A DNA stretch of 64,000 bases from Trichosphaerium sp. ATCC 40318 (lineage: Eukaryota; Protista; Tubulinea), in NCBI GenBank assembly GCA_038496445.1, contig JALMLS010000523.1, forward strand, positions 1-64,000, given 5' to 3'. The notes under the pieces are model-generated. The model worked only from the letters and a program-made list of their open reading frames with translations, was not told the DNA's origin and did not search any database. Of this stretch, positions 54,201-64,000 are shown one piece after another (the first letter of the stretch is position 1; each line of letters opens with the position of its first letter). The position numbers and the translations under genes are program-made.

Positions 54201-57200
54201 GAGCGCCTTCACTGACATTCTTAATCTCTTTTGTTAGGTCCAGACGGATTTGTGGGTAAGATCTTCCACTTGGTTTGCCTGGTTGTCCAGCTTTTTGGAT
54301 GAGCTCTAAAACCAACGTAAATACAAAATACTATCTTTTGAAGAACCAACTTACGTTTGATACTGTTGATGGTAGCATTGAGCTCCTTTGCAACAATAGC
54401 ATTTCCTCTTAGCTTGGTTACAAGTTGTCCAAGCGTATCAGAGGCAGACTTATAGTTTCCAAGCAAATCACGTTGAGATTCACTAATAGCAAAGTCAATA
54501 TAATTCAGCTTCAAAAGATTCCTCGCTTGTGTTATGTACCTATCGTCTGGGTTGGCTTCCTTACAACCATTAATGAGTCCAAGAAGTCCATCCGCAAGTT
54601 CTCTAGACAACGCCAAGAGATCTTTTTGCATATCAATGTTGGAAATTGTTCCAGCAGCGTTCAAAGAAGCTTGAACCAAACGAGGCATGTCTGATCCCAT
54701 TTTCTTGGCTGCAGCACGCAAGTCACCAACACCTCTTGCTCCTTCCATGAGTCTTGCCATTCCAGATGCAATATCTTTACAAACAGTGACAAGTTTGGCT
54801 TGAGCGACTTCAGGAGATTCACTGCTCTAAACATTAAAGTCAGTATTTCGAAGGTTGTTGAGAGTGCTTGACGTACCTTGGCAATACCAAGAAGTTGCGC
54901 TTTATCAAGTTCTTGAATAGCAGCATTAGCTTTTTCAGTGGCTTTATCGCATTCGTAAATAGCAGGATCCAAAGCCTGGGAAGGACAGGTGAGCAAGACT
55001 TAAAAAGGAATAATTAAGCTGGTTTTCTATGTACCTTGCAAGCCTCAAGCATGTCTTGGATGGCTTCAGATACCATCTTACTGGCTTCATTGAGGCTAGC
55101 TGGATTATAAGGACCAGCAGAGGCACCAGTATTGGAAACAGCTGTCTGAATAAGACCTAGTATTTGGTGTTAACTGAAGAGAGTACAACCAGGAAATAAC
55201 GTGTATAAAACGTACTTGTCGTTGCCAAAGCTACGCGCTTAGATGTTGTCTTGATCTTGCTTCTAGCATGATCATCCAAAGCGAATTCAGGAGCATCACC
55301 TGAGGAGAGAGAATCAACAAAGAGCAAGAAGAAATCAAAGAATGATGAATTGATTGCGTACCGCCTACAGCTTCTGCGACTTTACGAACGTGTCCTTTGA
55401 GTGCATTCGCAGCAGTAACAAGTGCTCTTACATCAGCTTGGTTTGTTCTCTTTGGATCTCTGTCGATCTTTTGAGCAGCTTTACCCATACCTTAAACGCA
55501 TATGTTAAGGCGGAGTTTCGCACTTTTTGCTTCGTACCAGATATTGCTTGTGCTAAGCCGTGTGCTAGTTTTAATGTTGCTTGTTGTTCTGGTTTTGTTT
55601 TAGCTCTGCTTGCGGCGCCTTTGAGCTCAGAAATCAATTGAGGTGCAGTGAGGGCGACCTTCTTTGTTGATGGAATTACAACATTATATTTGTTTGGATT
55701 CTAGGAAAGAATATGAGTATTGGCGGCAAATGGTAAGGTCTATGTGTACTCCAGCTATGGCATCGCATAATCCAATGATTGTGCTAACAGCAGGCGATTG
55801 AGCGGATGATGTAGCATGAGTAGTAGCTAGATAAAGGCATCAGAAAATCAAAAGACGAAATTGCTTCCACAACAAAGAACATACCAGCTGCTGCGCTCAA
55901 GATGTCATCTACGGAGTCGATACAAGCGTTACAGCATTGTCCAAGTTTTGGTGACTCAGTACGAGCAGCACTCTAACAGAAATCGTCAGATAAGAGAATC
56001 AAAGAGTGTTTTTCTTCAGTACTTACCATTACTTTAGTTGCGCTCTTTGCAAGTTCTTGTGTGGCTTCTTTGAACTGCTTCAAAACATCTTCAGGTCTTA
56101 GAGCACTTCCTGGTTTCTCACGATCAAAGTTGCTAAAACCACAAAGTTAGCCATAATTGACACGATCGCAAGTCACGTGGGCAAGGTATTTTTTTTTTCG
56201 TACTTTGCTCTTGATAATATGCGTTGGATTGCATCTTCTACTTCAGGCATTACATCACCTTGACTTGCTGTTTTAACAAGATTCTTCAATTTATTAGCCA
56301 AAAGCTGAGCTGCGCCATTAAGAGCGTCGATTGACTGAGGACTCTTCTTCGTAAGTGCAACTGCCTTGACACTATTCAAAAGAACTAAAAAAACAATTAG
56401 CAAGAGCTCACTGAAGCAATAGTAACGGATGACATACCAGGTGTTTGTTCTACGAGATCAATAGTAGCATTCTTAAGTGCAGCTCCTACAGTCTTATCTG
56501 GAGCAGTAGCGATAGCGTTTTGAGCTACTGTAACCAAATTTTTAACCTACAACAAAAGTTTGTTTGGTTCTGGACACGGCTGATAAGGTGACTTACAGTT
56601 GAAGCAACCATTTTAGCTGGAGGTCCAGCGTTCTTTGGGTTTGATTTAGCAGTCATAACAAGTTCTAAAGACAAGACGTCAGTCAAGTAAAAGACTTATA
56701 CAAAAAGTTGTACGTTGTGTAGCTGCATTCAAAGCCTTGCTTGATCCAATCAAAGCTCCAGTACAATCTTTGAAGCTTCTGGAAGCAACAGATGGGCGTC
56801 TACCTGGATCTTTCACCAATCTATCGAGAGCACCATTAACAGTGTTGATAGCGTCATCGAGGTCACGTGAACCAAGGCCTAAACGAACAATCAACGAAGA
56901 AATTCAACGACAAGATGAACGGGCTTACCTTTACTGGCAGCCATCAGTTTGTTTAATGCATCTTGAAGGTTCTTATTAGCTCTCGCAAGTCCTTCTTTAC
57001 TTCCTCCACGTGCAGCACTTCTGGCAGCGACGATAAGTTCAGCCAAAGAGTCATTCAAAAGGCGAGCCTGTCCGAGAAAATAAGTTCAAAACTGTCACCT
57101 ATGTTCAAAGTATCACGTACATTGTCTATTATACCCTTTTGAGTTGCTTTACCCTTTGCAGTACTTGCGACTACCTTTGCAGCGTCACATAGTTCAGTAC

Positions 57201-60200
57201 ATGCGCTCGTAGCAGTGGTAACAGGCTGGGAGGAAGGTCAGCAACCAAGAAATAAAAGAGTTTCCGAGAAAGAACGTACAGCGCCAAGTGGTTTACCGCT
57301 ATCAGCGGCTGCGACAATTCCTTGGATGGCCTTGGAGAGCTCAGCTGCCGCTTGAGCAAGCATGAGGTTTGCGCTTTCGAGACTCTAACAAAACATTACA
57401 AATGCAACAAAAAACATCCAAAACAAACCTGTCCTGGAAGGCTTGGTAGTGCGCCTGCATCGACTGCAAAAGCTGCAGCTTTTAGTTCAGATCCGTTAGC
57501 ATTTAATTGATCTACAGCTTCATCCAAAGCTTCATCACCAGCACGTGCAGCAACACCCTAAAACAACTTATAAGAAAAATCGAAGAAAACAAGAAGCCGA
57601 GATGCATACCTTGATGGCTCTAGCGAGGTTACCCAATTTGTCTTGTAAATCAGTTGAAGCGTTGTTCAATGAAGCCTTTGCTTTAATATCAGAGATTTGA
57701 GGTGATACTCTCTTCACTCCAGCAATAGCTTGACTCATAGGATAAACAACCTTTTTAGATGCATCCAATAAAGCGTTCTGTGCTTGTGGGCTATTAGGCT
57801 CTTTACAAGCCCATTTAAGAGGTTCCATGTAGTCCTCAAGAGCTTTGTCTAGTCCTTTGGATGCTTTTAGAAGAGCTCCTTTCACACGAGGATCAGTTTT
57901 AGCGTTTCTGTTGGAAGAGTAAGTTAAGCGAATATTTATTGGCAAAAAAAGTTAAGAGTACCTTGCTGTTGTTCTCATGTCGTTACCAAGTCTCAAAGCT
58001 TCGGTAAGAGCTGCTTTACCAGTTTTTCTCAATGCTGAACCTTCTAGAGGTTGTCCTACAGCAAGCAATTGGCGAGCGAGGGCATCAACCTTAGCAATCT
58101 AAAAAAACGTCTGGGTTAGGATTCGTTTTTCTTTTAAAAACTTACTTTTCCATTTAATCTCTGACGAGCGTTTGGATCGTTAGGATTTGCAGCTGCATCC
58201 TTTGCTGTCCTTAGAAGTTCTTGGAGTCCGTCTGTAAGCAATTTAGCGGCTTTACTCAAGTCACCACCCTGAACAAAACGGTCAACAATAAAGTCTTGAG
58301 CTGAGGCGATTTTACCAATTGGTTTGGATTAGCGTCAGCGAGTAACTTCGCAGCTTTAGCAAGTGTACTACCACCAGCCATGACATGCTTACAAGCACCA
58401 ACAATAGCGTTAGCACCGCGAGCGTTCTGTAGCATTGGCAAGGCCTTAAAAGAAGTAAGTCATACAGTGTAGCACTTGTGATAGTAATACCTTTATCAAA
58501 CGAGTATGTGGCTCGTCCAAGTCGATATCGGTCCATCCTGGCTCTGCCATCTCTACAGTAGCCTTTACTTGGTTTGCAGTAATATCCATCTCTTCAGCAA
58601 GCTCGGCAAGCCCAGGGAGTAAATTAGCAAGAGCCTTAGCAGGTCCAAGAAGATCTGTGAGAAGAGTTAGATATAAGCTCTTACAAGTTGAAAACAAAAT
58701 ACCTTCCGTAGCTCCAATAATACGTCTCCTGGCTTTTGGATTTACAGCAGCAGGTGCTAGAGTATCAACAGTACCCATCATAGCCTTTTCAGCAGCAGCA
58801 ATGTTCTTAATAAGACCACCTGTTACGTGACGTTAAAATTCTCGGTTTTAACTCTTTTCTTTTGACATAAGAAACGTACCAACTTCTCTCATTGTTTTAC
58901 CATCCTTGATGCCACCCATCTGACCTTTGGCAGCTCCCAGTAAATTATCAGTAGCAGAAGATAAACCGGCTGCAGACATATGCACCAAAGCTTTAGCAGG
59001 ACCATCGCTAAGCTAAAAAAAGAGTGAGTCGATGCTGATGTAAGCTATTTCCAACATACGTTTCCGGCTTGAGCAGAATCTAATAGAATAGCAGCGTTCT
59101 CATAAGCGCGAACAGCGTCATCATAAAGAGCACGCGTCTTTGGATCATGTGGGGCTTTTTGTAATCGCTCACCTGCAGCAAGAAGACCAGCTGCGGCCTA
59201 AACAAATAGCGATAAGCCAGAGAAAAAAAACGAAAACGGTTTGGTTTTTTATCGGTTTAACTTACAGCAGCTACACGAGCTACAGCATCTGCCAAAGCGC
59301 GAGGATCTCCTTTACCGACTAACATCTTTGCTGTTTGTCCAAGCTTTCTTACGGAATCACCTGTTGAAGAAAAAAAGTCAGCATAATTCAATTCAAACTG
59401 CTTTGCAAAACTCGGTTGGTGTTGGCGCGAGTTGCGTACCAATTGGTGGAGAGTGTTTTGCTAAAGCTGCTTTTATCATAAGAGGATCTACATTTCCTTC
59501 AAGAGCATTATTAAGTGCGCCAACATTAGCTTGAACAGCCTTCATATTTTGGGCCATTTGATCACGCCATTGTGGAAGACCCATCTCTGAGTGTTCAGCC
59601 ATAGCGTGGAACTTTTCCCTGTTTTCAAAAGGTTAGACACATGATTCGCGCACGTGATTTTGAAAAGTAGTTAACGTACCGACTTGGGTCTGCAAGTTCG
59701 TCCATGAGTAATTTCATGGCACGTTGTGCAGTTGGTAAGTCCATAATCTTTACTTGTTGTGAAGGAGCCATGTGCTTTTGATTTTGATCTTGGAATGATC
59801 CAGAGTGTGCCTAGATGTAGTTTAGCATATATAACGATTTGACTAGTCTGAAAAAAGTGCACATACGCCACCTAATGTGCCAGCTTGTCCAGTGATCATA
59901 GCCACTTAATAAAAAAGTCAGAATGAAAAACAAAAAGAAGGTTATTCTTACTTTGAGCTTGACCAACATGAGGTCTCATATCATCAATCTCAGCTGTGTT
60001 CAAGTCATCTTCTTCGTGAAGTGTAGCAACATCTATACAGGGAAGAGTAGAGTAAGTACATAAGAGTAATCGTATAAATTTGTTGCGAATGTACCTTTCC
60101 TTGCTTTCAAAATAATATCGATATAACCGGAGATAAGACCCGCAATTTGTTCTCCTTCGGTAGTAACAAGAACCTTGTATTCATCTTCGTAGTTACCAAA

Positions 60201-62013
60201 ATCTAGTCGCAAACGCGTAAGAAGTAAAGCAAGGCAAAAATATAAATAAGAGTGTACCCAAAGTGATGTTGTGTGATGTAGCGGCCCAACGTTTTAAATG
60301 CGTCAAGTGGTGATCCAAGAAAACCTCTCTAGAAGGTGCGTCTGCGAGTACAATATTTTCTCTTGTAACACCAATGTACTGAGGCAACAGTTTCTTCTTT
60401 TTTCTGTCTTTGCCGTGTGGTTTTCCCTATTTGAAAAAAAATCAGGTAAATAGCTCCTGTCGTCACGTGGTTTTATTTTTGAGAAACGTACTCTGACTTC
60501 GAAAAAGGTGATACCATAGGATGATAGAGATCGAACCATTTGTACGTAACGGTACTTGGCATTAATCTCAGACATACCAACAAGTTTTTGGTATGCTCCT
60601 AAGATATCCTTTTCAATACCTCTGTTTTTAGACCATTTCTTGGAGATGAACTTTGGTAGGCTGTAACAACAATTAGTTCCGATTTTTTACGTCTGAGAAA
60701 ATGGAGAAATGCCGTTTAATAAGTCCAGTACGTACTCCATAAAGCCTGGTCTGTGTTTCTGAGGGTTGAAATCACCCAGTTCAATTTGAAGTTGAATAGA
60801 GGCCAAAGTTTTTGATTCTTCCTTCGAAGCAGGGTAACTTCCATCAATAACTTTATCACGAGCCTATCACATAAAACATATTAATACAATAGGTACACAA
60901 AACAAACCAAAATTAAATTAAAAACAACAAAAAAAGTAAAGAATACATCACGTGGGATAACGTAGGGGCAAAAAAATGTGAGTTTTCTGCACTTGTTAAA
61001 TAGAGAAAGGAGATTTTACATTAACAACGTGAACCAAAAAAATAACAAAAAAGGCTCTGGCGTTTCAGTACACATGTGTTTTTCATATTCATACCTGAAC
61101 GTATATCAAGTGAAGTTGTACAGGATCTGATCTATCTACATTTGCATCATAGTAAAAGAACCTCTTGGCTAGTAAAAGCATCTGATTATCTTCATCAAAC
61201 CCTTGGTCTGCGAGCCCTTCAATATTTTTAAGCCATTCGCCAGCTAAACACAGCAATTAGTAATTCCTAATCTACCCAAGCATGGGGAAAAAAAGTCAAA
61301 AATTTTCTGTTACCGTTTGGATTCTCTTCGTCCTTGATGATTTTTACGCCTATAAATGATCAGTACGCATAACACATACACCAAGCTTCCTTACCGTATT
61401 CTTCAGAGTTACCAATACGCGCTTTTTTACAAATAGCTTCCAAAATGTCTGTTACATTTTTACTAACGTCAGTGACGACCTACACAAACCATACTAAGCA
61501 ATCTCCCATTAATGAAGTCGCGTACACGCTTTGTAGATCCGTCAACTAGCTTAACGTGTAGCTGTCTGTGCTTCTTTCTGTAAATCATAGCGGTCTACAA
61601 ACAAGCATGTTAGCGCAAACAGCCATAAATACATAGTGATGTGAACTGGTCTTGCAGTAGACGCACCCCGGATGTGATATCGTAGTAACGTAGTGTCCTG
61701 CGCACGTTTAGCCATCGTCCACCAGCGCCTTTCTAAAATATCGATGTTACTCAACAAAACAGGAGTGTAAGCCTACGCACCTTCTTAAATGGTTCAAATA
61801 GACCGTGATCACGTCCTTTTTAAAGTCGTTAGTATCACGTGCGGTTTAAATTATCAAAAGCACTTCAAAAAAAAAACAATGAGTCTGAGACATACCACCG
61901 CCAAACTTTTCACGCAAATCTCTAACGATTTCAGCGATGGCAATATCAGGTGGAAATTTAATTGTCTTGGTGGCATTAGTGCTCTCCAACAGTACTTTCA
62001 ATAGTATAGACAT
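51242..62013 (-). CDS. Talin (FERM head, helical rod, I/LWEQ tail), about 55 introns
   Basis: KRFFYYDANVDRSDPVQLHLIYVQ, YGITFF, LKRWAA, LDFGNY and ISGYIDIIL; C-terminal WGKGLISAA and EQRIRILQLEKQL. Confidence 0.96.
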
Positions 62014-62426
62014 TCTCGCAGTGTTGTCTACGTTGTAGCGCCTTTCTTTTTGTAAGGGTTGCTAGCGCGGAAGAGGTGTTTACGAGAAGACTGCTCTGGT
62101 TGGTTTAAATCAGTTCACAAAGGGCACATTTTGAACACATGGCTCTGGTTGGCTGTAACGGATTTTTAACGGATTTTAGCATAAAAGGGTACTGCGGATA
62201 AGGTACTGCGCACGTTTAAACTCTTGTAGCATGTTTTTGTGACTCAAAAAAAAACCAAATGCTTGAGAATTATGGGTGTTTAGTGATAAATAGTTGTCTA
62301 TTTACATGGGCTGTTGTTACACACGCGTTAGCCAAAATGGCAACACGAAAGGAGAAAAAAATTCGGAGGTTGTACTGTGCTTTTGTTTTGTACGTTAGCT
62401 CCTCCAATACACTCACGCGATTCACT

Positions 62427-63330
62427 GAGTGTTTGTCATGTCTTTAATATTGTACTAGCGCGTAATTAGAAATGATTACACGTATGAAGTGTCGTACCAT
62501 ATCCGATCCCTGTAAAAGGTTCAAAGGACGCGGAGGCGGACCTGAGGCGTTTGATCTACGAGCTCGAAGCGGCTTTAGAAAAAATAAGTAAGAAAATTAT
62601 TCTGTTGATCTAAAAAATGCTGTACATACCCTCATTGGTTTTCTTAAACTGTCTTTAATGAGTTGCAACCATTTTTCTGCAGAACTGACATCCCCAAAAG
62701 AAAATATGTAGTGTCTTGTTGTTTTATCGCGTTTGCTATTAAAAGTGAGCACTGGTAACACTCTTTATATGGTTATATACCTAAACAAGCGAAAACACCA
62801 TTTGTGACCTTGCAAAGAGTTTCCGTTTGTTTCAAGCAGCGCGAGTGTATCGTAGTGCTTTAAATCTATTACTCCAAGCGGCTAGCGGAATGTTAGTAAT
62901 TAGTGAACAATCGTTGAAAGGTTCACAAAGCTTGTAATTGCACAATGCTCCAAAAGGAGTGACATTAAAGTTGTATGCGCGCTGTAGAGTGTCGAACCTT
63001 GTCTTGTTTGTAAGTTTTGTAGTAATACAGTGTTTCTTGTCGTAGCACCAACCAGCGGCGTTTCCAAGGCTTATCAGCGTTTTTACCACCTCTTTTTTCA
63101 ATCCAACCTGTATACCTCTGACCAGCCCTTCCTGTAGATACAGAGCGCTTATTAGACGCCGCGCACATAAAAGGAGGTGCAATTCCCGAATTGCTTTGTA
63201 AGAAAACCAAAAACAGGTATCACATGCCTTAGCTTCCAAAACAGTCTCGAGGCTAAATAGTCCTTATAAACAACATACTATCCGCTCGTTCTTGATGTTG
63301 CAACACCGTTGAACACGTGTTCGCTTGTCA
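62427..63330 (-). CDS. PH-domain protein (both ends uncertain)
   Basis: GWIEKRGG..WKRRWLVL..LYYYK..PLGVIDL..YIFS..AEKWLQLI. Confidence 0.75.
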
Positions 63331-63508
63331 AGCCATGAAAAATGCGAGTAAGCTTGTGAGTTATTTTTTTTTAATTTACAATCTACCATTCGACTGTTCA
63401 GTTTGCTTTTTTTTTTTGATGTAAGGATTACATAGGAATCTACCCTTCCCTTCGTCTCTCTACAGTTTTGTTGTTATGGATGACAAATAGAAGACTCTTA
63501 AGTTCTGT

Positions 63509-64000
63509 TTAAACATAAGGACTGTCGGCATCAATACCAGGCTCTTCATTTTTATTTGCCATTGCCAATGCTTGTTCATTTCCATTCTTCTTAGCAAGTT
63601 CTTGCTCTTCATTTACATTGTAATCTCCAGTTGAGCTTTCTTCATCTCCAGTAGAGCTTGCTTGTTCGGAAGTACAGCTTATTACTTCTTCTGAAGGCGT
63701 TTCCGTATGTACTGATGATTCGCTCACAGCTCGTGTGATCTTTTTCAATGGCTCATCTGCAGGCGCAGGGCTTGGTTTAGGTTTTTTTGCCTTTGAAAAG
63801 CCTTTGTAAATATCAGACCTAGAGAGCTCGTCCCAGGCATTATATGCGATACGACCCATTGTTGCACCATCATAAAACGATAGAACTACATCAGTAATAA
63901 TGTGTATTATGATAACAGGAATACCTAAAGGAGAAAGTACAATGAGTAACAGCAACGATAAGTATAGTCTTTTTTTTATGAAATGACAATAAAATATTGA
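63509..64000 (-). CDS. 3' end of a membrane protein with an acidic tail (5' end outside window)
   Basis: Hydrophobic segment, then an E/S-rich tail with a short repeat (SSTGDE/SSTGDY). Confidence 0.5.
   Translation of the reverse strand, partial: SIFYCHFIKKRLYLSLLLLIVLSPLGIPVIIIHIITDVVLSFYDGATMGRIAYNAWDELSRSDIYKGFSKAKKPKPSPAPADEPLKKITRAVSESSVHTETPSEEVISCTSEQASSTGDEESSTGDYNVNEEQELAKKNGNEQALAMANKNEEPGIDADSPYV

Noticed and set aside
51242-62013. Numerous + strand ORFs over talin
   Set aside because: These are antisense shadows of Ala/Lys-rich exons.
1-64000. Alternative genetic code suggested by the fragmented ORFs
   Set aside because: Stops in conserved genes fall inside GT/GC-AG introns, and TAA, TAG and TGA all terminate genes.
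1-64000. U12-type introns, tRNA or rRNA genes
   Set aside because: I found no RTATCCT donors or recognisable tRNA/rRNA by eye; tRNAscan and Infernal were not run.

Overview
Eukaryotic, AT-rich, very intron-dense nuclear DNA (introns mostly 45-100 nt; donors mostly GTAC(G)/GTAAG/GTATG). It is most likely amoebozoan, judging from a GbpD-type RasGEF-cNB-GRAM-cNB gene, talin and a class C GPCR. I spliced about 24 genes by eye. Conserved genes: TRAPPC9-like, secreted PEBP/YbhB, oligopeptidase B, GbpD-like RasGEF, prolyl 4-hydroxylase, PAK/STE20-like kinase with SH3, TDP2-like nuclease, class C GPCR, C-type lectin surface protein, beta-helix protein and talin. Between them sit 7-8 F-box genes with varied substrate modules. 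Main findings: (1) two paralogous F-box-Ras fusions with an MGN start, the same one-residue P-loop insertion, an intact effector loop and no CAAX, possibly ubiquitin-ligase decoys; (2) about ten-fold enrichment of CACGTG, mostly in introns; (3) seven GC-AG introns that all begin GCACGT; (4) nucleosome-scale (~175-185 bp) intron spacing in talin; (5) hairpin-rich insertions in unusually long introns. All gene models and counts are manual and approximate.
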